This document shows, in pieces, positions 7,423-15,873 of a DNA stretch of 25,247 bases. Under the pieces are notes generated by a model, which worked only from the letters and a program-made list of their open reading frames with translations, searched no databases and was not told where the DNA came from. Origin of the DNA: a virus (Duplodnaviria > Caudoviricetes); the IMG/VR virus record IMGVR_UViG_3300033406_000042, positions 1 to 25,247 of that record. One strand, 5' to 3'. The position numbers and the translations under genes were made by a program. How positions within the stretch are numbered: the first letter of the stretch is position 1; each line of letters starts with the position of its first letter.

Positions 7423-7785
7423 ATGAATATCCTAACGCTTTCAATAAAACAGAAGTTCTTTGATGAGATCTTAGCTGGTAAGAAGAAGCAAGAGTTTAGA
7501 GAGATACGCCCAAACTCACAGAAAAAGTATTGTGAGCTTGATGAAGAAGGCTATGTTAAAGAGGTTGATGGTGTCTTACAACCCCGAAAATATGACGCTA
7601 TCAAGTTTCTTACTGGTGAGTATAAAGGCACGAGACCTTATGCTATCGTAGAGGTAACAGGGGCAAAGATAGAGTTGTTCGAAGATGAAAATCATGAACT
7701 GATAACCTATCAGTATCAGGGTGAAGAATATGTTGCCGCTCAGGTCGTTTACGACTTGGGTAAGGTAATCGAAAGGAATGTTTAA
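7423..7785 (+). CDS. ASCH domain protein
   Basis: LTLSIKQKFFDEILAGKKKQEFR matches the ASCH GxKxxExR motif. Confidence 0.8.
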   Translation: MNILTLSIKQKFFDEILAGKKKQEFREIRPNSQKKYCELDEEGYVKEVDGVLQPRKYDAIKFLTGEYKGTRPYAIVEVTGAKIELFEDENHELITYQYQGEEYVAAQVVYDLGKVIERNV

Positions 7786-7806
7786 TCTATAAAATTATCT
7801 AGCTGA

Positions 7807-7950
7807 GTCAGAATTAAAGTTGGTACAAGTGCAACAGCCAATAAAGGCGTTGTAGGTCGTAGAAGCTTCACAGGTGGTAGCGGCCAATTTATGAACCGTA
7901 GACAGAAATACGGTGAAGTTCGTAAGGGTTTAGGTTTATCTGGAGGTTAG
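7807..7950 (+). CDS. Unannotated basic Gly-rich peptide (47 aa) with no canonical start at its 5' end
   Basis: After an in-frame TGA (7804-7806): GTC AGA ATT... = VRIKVGTSATANKGVVGRRSFTGGSGQFMNRRQKYGEVRKGLGLSGG*. It fills the gap up to the next gene; the only ATG is at 7891. Confidence 0.6.
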   Translation, partial: VRIKVGTSATANKGVVGRRSFTGGSGQFMNRRQKYGEVRKGLGLSGG

Positions 7951-7955
7951 TGTCT

Positions 7956-8624
7956 ATGCTAATCGAGGATACATATTGCAGCATTGACCGAATTCGTGAA
8001 AAGACGAGTTCGGTTTTGCTGCTTTTGTCTTTTGGCAAGGATAGTCTTGTATTGCTGGATATGATCTATCCTAAATTTGACAGGATAGTATGTGCCTTCA
8101 TGTATTTCGTCCCCGGACTGGATCATATTGAACGCTGGGTGAAGTGGGCTAAGGCTAAATACCCTAAAATAGAGATTGTACAGGTACCACACTGGAACCT
8201 GACCTACATACTAAGAACTGGTATGTACTGCGTACCTAATCCGAAAGTGAAGCTTTTGAAGCTCGCTGATGTGGTTAAGTCCATGAAATTGAAATATGGG
8301 ATTGATTATGTCTTTTTGGGTATGAAGAAAGCCGATTCAATGAACAGGCGTTTGATGCTGAATAAGATGGAGTTCCCATACGAAAAGAATGGGATGTGCT
8401 ATCCTTTGGCTGATTTCACACAAAGGGATATCCTTGCTTACATGAGGCAAAAGGGATTACCCGAACCAGTAAGGTATTCCAAGAATGCTTCGGGTGGGGT
8501 TGGTTTTAATCTTGATTGTTTTCTGTGGTTAGAATCTCATTATCCACAAGATTTAGAGAATATATACAAGGCCTTTCCAATGAGTAGAAGAATATTATTT
8601 GAACACTATAATGGAATTAAATAA
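7956..8624 (+). CDS. PAPS-reductase-family (PP-loop) protein
   Basis: LLLSFGKDSLV PP-loop, FLGMKKADSMNRR and YPLADFT motifs. Start is GTG 7950 or ATG 7956. Confidence 0.8.
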   Translation: MLIEDTYCSIDRIREKTSSVLLLLSFGKDSLVLLDMIYPKFDRIVCAFMYFVPGLDHIERWVKWAKAKYPKIEIVQVPHWNLTYILRTGMYCVPNPKVKLLKLADVVKSMKLKYGIDYVFLGMKKADSMNRRLMLNKMEFPYEKNGMCYPLADFTQRDILAYMRQKGLPEPVRYSKNASGGVGFNLDCFLWLESHYPQDLENIYKAFPMSRRILFEHYNGIK

Positions 8625-9351
8625 ATACGTAAAATCAGAATCGGTAGAGCTTAAACGTTCTGCTATTCATTTCGCCGATTATAATCCCCGTACTCTTTCC
8701 GATGATGAGAAGAAAGCTCTCAAACGTGGTATAAAGAAATTCGGATTAGTTGGCGGATTGGTAGTCAACAAGCATACAGGTATGACAGTGGTCAGTGGGC
8801 ACCAACGTTTAACGGTCATGGATGAGTTGAACAAGTTCCCCGGCAATGACTATATCATTCGGGTAGATGTGATAGACGTTGACGAAAAACAGGAAAAGGA
8901 GCTTTGCATTCTCCTAAATAATCCAAATGCCCAAGGAAAATGGGATGATGAGAAACTCCGTGAGCTCATTCCTGATATCGACTACAAAGATGCAGGATTG
9001 ACAGACGTAGACTTAAATCTAATAGGCTGTGATTATCTTCTCCAGACAGAAGAAGAAAACTCTTTAGCTGATGCTCTTACTGATATGATGGCACCTGTCA
9101 CCGGACAGAAAGAAGCTGAAAAAGAGGCCAAGCAGTTAGAGAAAGCCGAGAAGACAGCTCACATGAAAGAAGTCAAAGAACAGGTTAAGCAGGCAGCCCA
9201 AGAGAAAGCGAACGATATGGATGCTTACCTTATGCTTTCTTTTGATACCTACGAAGCGAAATCTGCTTTTATGGAAAGGTTCGGTTATAACCCAGAAGAT
9301 AAGTTTATAAAGGGAGAAGTGTTTGACGAACAAATAGAAAGGGTAGATTAA
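8611..9351 (+). CDS. ParB/Srx N-terminal domain protein
   Basis: ADYNPRTLS..LKRGIKKFGLV..LVVN...VVSGHQRL; acidic C-terminus. Confidence 0.85.
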   Translation: MELNKYVKSESVELKRSAIHFADYNPRTLSDDEKKALKRGIKKFGLVGGLVVNKHTGMTVVSGHQRLTVMDELNKFPGNDYIIRVDVIDVDEKQEKELCILLNNPNAQGKWDDEKLRELIPDIDYKDAGLTDVDLNLIGCDYLLQTEEENSLADALTDMMAPVTGQKEAEKEAKQLEKAEKTAHMKEVKEQVKQAAQEKANDMDAYLMLSFDTYEAKSAFMERFGYNPEDKFIKGEVFDEQIERVD

Positions 9352-9352
9352 G

Positions 9353-9901
9353 ATGGCAAGACCAAAGTTTGACTACAATAGCAACGAGTTCTACGAAGAG
9401 TTATTCGCTCTCGCTTTTCAAGGATTGACCGATGCGGAGATAGCAGACGGACTGTCCGACAAGTTCGGTCAGACTTTAACGCCCGGAGTATTTTGCAAAA
9501 TGAAAAACGGAAACTATGAGGGATGGAATAAGAAGCAAAATGAAGAGCGTTCAGAGCGTATATCGCAAGTGTTAGCGCACGCCCGTCGTAAAATCAACTC
9601 GATTGTGCGTGGTGCATACTTGAAAGCCGCTTTGGGTGGAAAGAAAATAAAGAGCAAAACAATCACGAAGAGGAAGCTTCGCATTGATGGTGTATATACA
9701 GATGATGAAGATATACAAACATCTGAGACAGAACAAGAACTTCCTTATAATATGCAGGCAATGTCTACTTGGCTTTATCACCATGATGAAGAGTGGAGAA
9801 AGGTAGAGCGCAAACAAGATGAAGATGCGAGCGATATCCCCTCAGAGATCAATCAAGGTGTTAATATTGATTCTTGGATTAAGAAGGAGGTAGGCAAATG
9901 A
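9353..9901 (+). CDS. Terminase small subunit (putative)
   Basis: MARPK start, HTH-like GLTDAEIADGL, coupled directly to the large terminase. Confidence 0.75.
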   Translation: MARPKFDYNSNEFYEELFALAFQGLTDAEIADGLSDKFGQTLTPGVFCKMKNGNYEGWNKKQNEERSERISQVLAHARRKINSIVRGAYLKAALGGKKIKSKTITKRKLRIDGVYTDDEDIQTSETEQELPYNMQAMSTWLYHHDEEWRKVERKQDEDASDIPSEINQGVNIDSWIKKEVGK

Positions 9902-12204
9902 TTTGTCCTCAGACTATTTACCATCCGTTATACACCGATAAAGAGAAGTTCATTATCCTTATTACGGGCGGCCGTGGGTGTGAAACACCTACACAAGAGA
10001 TCATTATGGCTGATTTGACAATAAAGCAAATTAAGGATATTAAAGTCGGAGATTACGTTATGGGAGATAATGGTACTCCTCGTAAAGTACTCGCTACAAT
10101 GTATGGCCAAAGTGAGATGTTTCGTGTTCGGCAAACAAGTGCAAAAGATTACTTCGTAAATGATGCACATATCCTTAGTTTAAAGAAAAGTCAAGCATCT
10201 ATAAATGAAGGAAGATATAATAATTTTGGAGAATACACCGACATGAAAGTGACTGATTTCATGAATCAGAGTAATAGGTTTAAAGAACATTTTAGAGGTT
10301 ATAAAACAAACTCTATTCCCTATAAACATAAATCCGTAAAATTAGATCCTTATTTGCTTGGAATATGGCTTGGAGATGGTACTAGTATATTTCCTCAAAT
10401 TACGACTCCAGACATAGAAATAAAGCAATATATTCAAGATTATGTAAATAGGCATAACTTACTACTTACGGTTAATGGAGTTAGGGGAAAAGCTGAAACA
10501 TTACGGCTTGCTAAGAGAGGTGGCTTAACTAATCCGATTATGGATATTTTGCGTGAGTATGATTTGGTAAATAACAAACACGTTCCACAAGATTATATAT
10601 CAAATAGTGAGCAAGTGAGGCTTGAAGTACTAGCTGGTTTGCTCGATACCGATGGATACATGAGTAAAAACGGATACGAGATAATACAAAAGAATGAGGG
10701 TTTGGCAAAACAAATAAAATTCATTGCTGATACGCTTGGCTTTAGAACGAGCATTAATAGCAAGGATGCATATTGTAATAAAAAATATTGCGGCCTTGTA
10801 TATCGAGTTTTCATAAACGGAGATGTGTGGAAGATTCCATGTAAGGTAGCGAGAAAGCAAGTTCATGAATCACAAGTACATAAAAACAAGGATTGGCATC
10901 TATCTCAGCTTGCAATAGAGCCTGCTGGCATAGGTGAGTGGTGTGGAATTTGTCTCGACGGAAATCAACGTTATTTACATTCAGACGGTACAGTAACGCA
11001 TAATTCCGGGAAGTCTTTCAACGCAGCCACCTTCATAGAGCGATTAACTTTTGAACTCACTCCGGCCGAAAGGATTGTTCATCAGGTACTCTATACTCGT
11101 TATACGATGGTTTCCGCTAACATGTCTATCATTCCCGAAATGATGGAGAAGATACAACTAGACGGTACCGACAAATATTTCTCCACCACCAAGACGGATG
11201 TGGTAAACAAGATGACGAATAGTCATATCATGTTCCGGGGAATAAAAACTTCATCTGGGAACCAGACGGCAAAGCTGAAATCCATTCACGGGATAACAAC
11301 ATTTGTTTGTGATGAAGCGGAAGAATGGACTAGTGAACAGGACTTTGAAAAGATCATGCTCTCTATCCGTCAGAAAGGAATCCAGAACCGGATCATCATT
11401 ATCATGAACCCGACGGATTCCAATCACTTCATCTACAAGCGATACATAGAGAATACCCATAAGCTTGTCAACATTGACGGTGTGGATGTTCAGATCTCCA
11501 CTCATCCAAATGTGCTTCATATCCACACTACCTATCTGGACAATGTAGACAACCTTTCTCCGCAGTTTATTGATGAAGTTCAAAGAATGAAGGTAGAAAA
11601 TCCAGAGAAGTATGGTCATACGGTTATCGGTCGTTGGGCGGATGTGGCTGAGGGAGCTGTATTCAAGAAATGGGGCATAGTTAAGGAGTTCCCGGCATGG
11701 GCAAAGAAAATAGCTCTGGGGCAAGACTTCGGATATAGTAACGACGTTTCTGCGACTGTAAGATGTGGTATTATTGATAACGCTCTTTACGTGGATGAAC
11801 TGTGTTATCAAGCGGGGATGCTTACCAATGATTTAGCCAACACACTAAGGCCGTGGGGATTAAAAGTCTTTTCCGAATCTGCCGATCCTCGTTTAATTCA
11901 GGAGATAAAGAACAGAGGCGTAAACATCTATCCAGTAGATAAGAGTTCCATTGATGGCAAAGGTTCTATTATTGCAGGCATTGAAAAAATCAAAGACATG
12001 GAACTGTTTGTCACAGAACGGTCATATAATCTCATTAAAGAGCTTCGGAATTACGTTTGGGATAAAGATAAGGACGGCAACTATATCAACACCCCCGTTG
12101 ACAAGGATAATCATCTGTGCGATTCAATTAGATACTATGTACTTGGGTGCCTATTAGGACGTATTTTGAAGCCGAAAGATTTAACAGGAGTATTCACGCA
12201 TTAA
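9898..12204 (+). CDS. terL: Terminase large subunit (PBSX-like) containing an intein
   Basis: Split Walker A ITGGRG|SGKS, KLKSI, Walker B FVCDEAEE, MNP, nuclease motifs GQDFGY and DNHLCDSIRY. Confidence 0.95.
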   Translation: MICPQTIYHPLYTDKEKFIILITGGRGCETPTQEIIMADLTIKQIKDIKVGDYVMGDNGTPRKVLATMYGQSEMFRVRQTSAKDYFVNDAHILSLKKSQASINEGRYNNFGEYTDMKVTDFMNQSNRFKEHFRGYKTNSIPYKHKSVKLDPYLLGIWLGDGTSIFPQITTPDIEIKQYIQDYVNRHNLLLTVNGVRGKAETLRLAKRGGLTNPIMDILREYDLVNNKHVPQDYISNSEQVRLEVLAGLLDTDGYMSKNGYEIIQKNEGLAKQIKFIADTLGFRTSINSKDAYCNKKYCGLVYRVFINGDVWKIPCKVARKQVHESQVHKNKDWHLSQLAIEPAGIGEWCGICLDGNQRYLHSDGTVTHNSGKSFNAATFIERLTFELTPAERIVHQVLYTRYTMVSANMSIIPEMMEKIQLDGTDKYFSTTKTDVVNKMTNSHIMFRGIKTSSGNQTAKLKSIHGITTFVCDEAEEWTSEQDFEKIMLSIRQKGIQNRIIIIMNPTDSNHFIYKRYIENTHKLVNIDGVDVQISTHPNVLHIHTTYLDNVDNLSPQFIDEVQRMKVENPEKYGHTVIGRWADVAEGAVFKKWGIVKEFPAWAKKIALGQDFGYSNDVSATVRCGIIDNALYVDELCYQAGMLTNDLANTLRPWGLKVFSESADPRLIQEIKNRGVNIYPVDKSSIDGKGSIIAGIEKIKDMELFVTERSYNLIKELRNYVWDKDKDGNYINTPVDKDNHLCDSIRYYVLGCLLGRILKPKDLTGVFTH
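9979..11004 (+). mobile_element. 342-aa intein with LAGLIDADG homing endonuclease
   Basis: Starts at Cys (CETPTQEIIMAD), block B VNDAHIL, LLGIWLGDG and VLAGLLDTDG motifs, ends VTHN followed by Ser. Confidence 0.95.
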
Positions 12205-12215
12205 GATATTTGGCT

Positions 12216-13715
12216 ATGATAAGTTTACAAGAAATATTAGCATTAGAGGATATTGATCAGAAGATCCAATACCTCAAGAAAGGGAGAAAGACAGAGCTTC
12301 CCGACCGTAGAAAATTGTGGGAAGACTGGAACCCTGATCTTCACGAGATAATGACGGATAAGAAGAAGTATCCTGATCGCAAGGTACTCAAAGAGGAAGC
12401 AAAGAAGATCTTTGATGAGAAGGCAGGTAAAACGTATGAGTTAGAAGCAAAGTACGAAACGGAAGAAGTAAACCGTATTACGATACCTTTGGAACAGGAT
12501 ATTGTGAATATTCAAACGGCTTTCACCGTTGGCACCGAGCCGTCAATGGATTGCACACCTTCAGATGATAATGAAAAAGGATTATTGGCCGCTTTGAAGT
12601 CAGTGCTGCAAAAGAATAAGATCAAATACCAGAATAAAAGAGTTGTGCGTTCTTGGTTATCCGAGCAGGAAGTAGCCGAATATTGGTATGTGACTGATGA
12701 TGACTCTTTCTGGACTAAGTTTTGGGCAAAAGTGAAGACTGCTTTCGGAGGTAAGGCCAAACCCACAAAGAAACTTCGTAGTGTTCTGTGGTCTCCATTC
12801 AGGGGTGATAAGCTTTACCCGTTCTTTGATGATTACGGGGATTTAGTTGCCATCTCTCGTGAGTTCAAAAAGAAAGATTTGGATGATACAGAAATAAGTG
12901 TGTTCATGACGGTAACAAAGGATTCTGTCTACCAGTGGGAATTAAACAAAACGTGGTCCACCCCCGAAGGTAAGTCGTTCAAACATGGATTTCCTAAACT
13001 TCCTGTTCTTTATGCTTACCGTCCTGAGACGTACTGTCACAAGATTAAGACGTTTCGGGTACGCTTGGAGAAGTTGCTTTCCAGTTATGCCGATTGCATA
13101 GACTACCATTTCTTTCCCATACTGCAATTAGTTGGTGATGTAGAGGGATTCACAGGCAAGAAGAAAGATCGTATTGTGAAGCTGATGGGAGAGGGCGCAG
13201 GGGCCTCGTATCTGACTTGGGATCAAGTGCCAACAACAATAGAACTCGAATTGAAAACTTTGTTTGAGAAAGCTTATTCCATGACCAATACTCCTCAAAT
13301 CAGCTTTGAATCATTGAAAGGATCTGGTAATGCTTTATCTGGTGTGGCTTTTGACTATGTCTTCTTATCCACTCATTTACAAGTTGAGAACCATGCGGAG
13401 GTAATAGGAGACTTCATGCAAAGGCGTGTGAACTTCCTTGTGTCTGCTTTGGGCACCATTAATCCTTATGAGTTTGACAAAGCTTCACAAACGATTGATA
13501 TTGATGTGGATATCGTGCCTTATAGGCTTGATAATATCGCTGATAAAGTTACTACTGCGGTAACTGCTGTTGATGGGCAGATTTGGTCACGAAGGGAAGG
13601 TATTATGTTTGCTGGTAATGCAGACCGCATAGAGAGTGAGTTAAAGGAAATCGAAGAGGAGCAAGCAGCAATGAATAATAAAATCGGAGAAAAGGAACAT
13701 AAAATAGCTTCTTAG
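12216..13715 (+). CDS. Portal protein (SPP1 gp6-like)
   Basis: ~500 aa directly after terL; NRITIPLEQDIVNIQTAFTVG and GNALSGVA motifs. Confidence 0.85.
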   Translation: MISLQEILALEDIDQKIQYLKKGRKTELPDRRKLWEDWNPDLHEIMTDKKKYPDRKVLKEEAKKIFDEKAGKTYELEAKYETEEVNRITIPLEQDIVNIQTAFTVGTEPSMDCTPSDDNEKGLLAALKSVLQKNKIKYQNKRVVRSWLSEQEVAEYWYVTDDDSFWTKFWAKVKTAFGGKAKPTKKLRSVLWSPFRGDKLYPFFDDYGDLVAISREFKKKDLDDTEISVFMTVTKDSVYQWELNKTWSTPEGKSFKHGFPKLPVLYAYRPETYCHKIKTFRVRLEKLLSSYADCIDYHFFPILQLVGDVEGFTGKKKDRIVKLMGEGAGASYLTWDQVPTTIELELKTLFEKAYSMTNTPQISFESLKGSGNALSGVAFDYVFLSTHLQVENHAEVIGDFMQRRVNFLVSALGTINPYEFDKASQTIDIDVDIVPYRLDNIADKVTTAVTAVDGQIWSRREGIMFAGNADRIESELKEIEEEQAAMNNKIGEKEHKIAS

Positions 13716-13764
13716 TCAGAAAAATTACGGGGTTTATAATTTTTATACGAGACAAATAGAACAT

Positions 13765-13801
13765 ATAGCGGTGATTCTTCGGAGTTGCCGTTATTTTTTT
13801 T
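13765..13801 (+). terminator. Intrinsic terminator, copy 1 of a repeated hairpin
   Basis: ATAGCGGTGATTC-TTCG-GAGTTGCCGTTAT followed by a T run. Confidence 0.8.
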
Positions 13802-13820
13802 ATAAAATAATTCGTCTATA

Positions 13821-13853
13821 AGTTGCACAATTGTGTAACTCACATTATCTTTG
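13821..13853 (+). promoter_or_regulatory. TA1 promoter with operator palindrome
   Basis: AGTTGCACAA/TTGTGTAACT palindrome (one mismatch), then TATCTTTG 4 nt before the ATG. Confidence 0.7.
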
Positions 13854-13857
13854 TGAT

Positions 13858-14199
13858 ATGAAACGCAGAATTATAGCATTCGGGCAATATTACCATGACT
13901 TTATTGCTTCCCTTAATGAAAAAGAGGTGATGAAAGTTAAGTATGTGTTATCTTTGTTGGAAACATACGACCGAGTACCAATAAAGTTTATAAAGTTCAT
14001 ACGTGATGGGTTATATGAGCTGAGAATCGAATATAATGGCAATATATATCGTATATTTTTCATCTTTGATGATGGGCAGGTAGTTGTGTTATTTAATGGT
14101 TTTCAAAAGAAAACGCAAAAAACACCTACTTCGGAAATAGATAAAGCTTTAAAAATAAAGGAGGAGTATTATGACTACAAAGAACAACATGCTGACTGA
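13858..14199 (+). CDS. RelE/HigB (phage gp49-like) toxin
   Basis: GLYELRIEYNGNIYRIFFIFDDGQVVVLFNGFQKKTQKTP. Confidence 0.9.
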   Translation: MKRRIIAFGQYYHDFIASLNEKEVMKVKYVLSLLETYDRVPIKFIKFIRDGLYELRIEYNGNIYRIFFIFDDGQVVVLFNGFQKKTQKTPTSEIDKALKIKEEYYDYKEQHAD

Positions 14200-14473
14200 T
14201 ATTAGTGCTGAATTAGAAAAGGAATTCGGTAAACATGGTACACCTGAACGTGCAAAGTTTGATGAAGAAGCCTATGCCTTCTACACCAGTCAAATTTTGC
14301 TTGATGCAAGGAAGAATGCAAGATTGACTCAAGAGGAACTGGCAAAGCGTATCGGGGCTAATAAATCATATATTTCCCGTATTGAAAAAGGCACCACCGT
14401 TCCCAGTGTTGCGACCTTCTATCGGATCGTTAATGCTTTGGGGCTAACGGTTGATTTAAATCCGACTATGTAA
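14171..14473 (+). CDS. XRE-family HTH antitoxin (HigA-like)
   Basis: ARLTQEELAKRIGANKSYISRIEKG. Confidence 0.9.
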   Translation: MTTKNNMLTDISAELEKEFGKHGTPERAKFDEEAYAFYTSQILLDARKNARLTQEELAKRIGANKSYISRIEKGTTVPSVATFYRIVNALGLTVDLNPTM

Positions 14474-14517
14474 TAGCTGAACAATTTATGTCAGATACAG
14501 TAATTAGGAACATTTAG

Positions 14518-14550
14518 GCGGTGATTCATTGGAGTTGCCGCTATTTTTTT
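14518..14550 (+). terminator. Intrinsic terminator, copy 2 of a repeated hairpin
   Basis: GCGGTGATTC-ATTG-GAGTTGCCGC followed by TA and a T run. Confidence 0.8.
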
Positions 14551-14575
14551 GTTTTCAACTGAAAATATTTACTCA

Positions 14576-14610
14576 AAAGTTGCTCAACTGATAAACTTTA
14601 TATATCTTTG
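14576..14610 (+). promoter_or_regulatory. TA2 promoter with operator palindrome
   Basis: AAAGTTGCTCAACTGATAAACTTT, then TATCTTTG (14603-14610) 4 nt before the ATG; same spacing as TA1. Confidence 0.65.
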
Positions 14611-14614
14611 CTAT

Positions 14615-14956
14615 ATGAAAAGAGAGATAATAGCATACGAAAACTACTATAAAGATTTTTTTGATACCTTAGACAAGGGTACCCAAGAAAAAGTTTTGTA
14701 TGGATTGCTTTTATTGAAGACTCAAGATAGGCTACCAGCTAAGTACGTGAAGTTTCTCAAGGATGGTTTATACGAGTTAAGAATAGAGTGGAAAGGTAAT
14801 ATCTATCGAGTTTTCTTTTGTTATGATGAAGGACGTATTGTTATATTGTTCAATGGCTTTCAGAAGAAAACACAGAAAACTCCAGATAGAGAAATAGATA
14901 AGGCATTAAAACTAAAGAAAGAATATTATGAGCGAAAAAGGACTAAAAATGTTTAA
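14615..14956 (+). CDS. RelE/HigB (phage gp49-like) toxin, paralog 2
   Basis: GLYELRIEWKGNIYRVFFCYDEGRIVILFNGFQKKTQKTP; ATG 14615. Confidence 0.9.
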   Translation: MKREIIAYENYYKDFFDTLDKGTQEKVLYGLLLLKTQDRLPAKYVKFLKDGLYELRIEWKGNIYRVFFCYDEGRIVILFNGFQKKTQKTPDREIDKALKLKKEYYERKRTKNV

Positions 14957-15230
14957 TGTCGATGCGCAATTAGATGCTGCTTTCGGCAAAGAAGGAACTC
15001 CAGAGCGTAAAGCTGCTGAAGATAGAGCTAATGCTTTCTTTACTGGACAAATTATTGAAGAAGCTAGGAAGAAAGCAAATATGACACAATCAGAGCTTGC
15101 AGAGAAGATAGGTACAAATAAGTCTTATATTTCCCGTGTAGAAACGGGAAAGACAGAACCCAAAGTTTCTACTTTCTATCGCATTGCTTCTGCTTTAGGA
15201 ATGACAGTTGATCTAACTCCGACTGTATAA
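14928..15230 (+). CDS. XRE-family HTH antitoxin, paralog 2
   Basis: ANMTQSELAEKIGTNKSYISRVETG. Confidence 0.9.
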   Translation: MSEKGLKMFNVDAQLDAAFGKEGTPERKAAEDRANAFFTGQIIEEARKKANMTQSELAEKIGTNKSYISRVETGKTEPKVSTFYRIASALGMTVDLTPTV

Positions 15231-15232
15231 TA

Positions 15233-15818
15233 ATGAAGATAGTTGAAGTAATTGTAGAACATGCGTGTAAGAACTTGAGTGCTTATATTGAGGGTGCTCC
15301 GGTAATTACTGTAGGTAATGACATGTGTGAGGTTGAGGAGAATATGAAAGAGGCTATTGAGCTATATCTGGAAGATAATCCTAATCCTTGTGAATTGTTA
15401 TCAGGTGAATTTGAACTGAAATTTAAGATTGATGCTGCTACTTTTATCAACTATATGGCTAAGATAGAGAATGAGATAGAATATGATGCCATTTGTCAAA
15501 GGGTAGAGGAACTTCTTCCTATGACAGATGATAATACTCCATTGACTGATCCGAGATTGATTGAATTGAGAATTTTATCTGAGTTGGTTCTTGAGTATGA
15601 AGAGGAACATTATCCGATAGAGAAGCCAACTGTGTCTGAACTGATAGAACTTCGCTTGAAGAAAAAGGCATGATGCAGAAACAACTTGTAGGCGAATGTT
15701 ATATGATTTTTTCTGTGTTAATGACTATATCTCTGGACAGTTGGAGCCAACATTAAAAATTGCAAGATTGCTTTGTTGATTTTTGAATATTCCTGTGGCA
15801 TTTATGTTGGGATTTTAG
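15233..15818 (+). pseudogene. Chimeric remnant: HicB-like N-terminus fused to a decayed HigA-like gene
   Basis: 15233-15454 is HicB-like (SAYIEGAPVITVG...MKEAIELYLE). From ATG 15455 it is HigA-like (MAKIENEIEY...YEEEHYPIEKPT). HTH remnants (QKQL, EPTLKIARLLC*FLNIP) continue out of frame past the stop at 15673. Confidence 0.65.
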
Positions 15819-15873
15819 TATTGGAATATTGGTGTGAATATGTTTTAAAAAATAGGCTTTATAAATCAGTATT

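Noticed and set aside
7783-7809. Stop-codon readthrough or recoding joining ASCH to the 7807 peptide (same frame)
   Set aside because: Would need two stops read through (TAA 7783, TGA 7804); all three stop codons terminate other genes here and neither tRNA has a suppressor anticodon.
11251-11811. 186-aa minus-strand ORF, and the other short antisense or alternate-frame ORFs inside long genes
   Set aside because: Nested in well-supported genes (terL, portal, tail, tape measure) with no recognisable motifs.
13759-14550. Repeated hairpins as CRISPR repeats or integron attC sites
   Set aside because: Only two copies about 750 nt apart, both with U-tracts; no cas or integrase gene in the window.
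13831-14614. Upstream TTG starts given for the two toxins (13831, 14549)
   Set aside because: They fall inside or upstream of the promoter/operator elements; ATG 13858 and 14615 align with each other.
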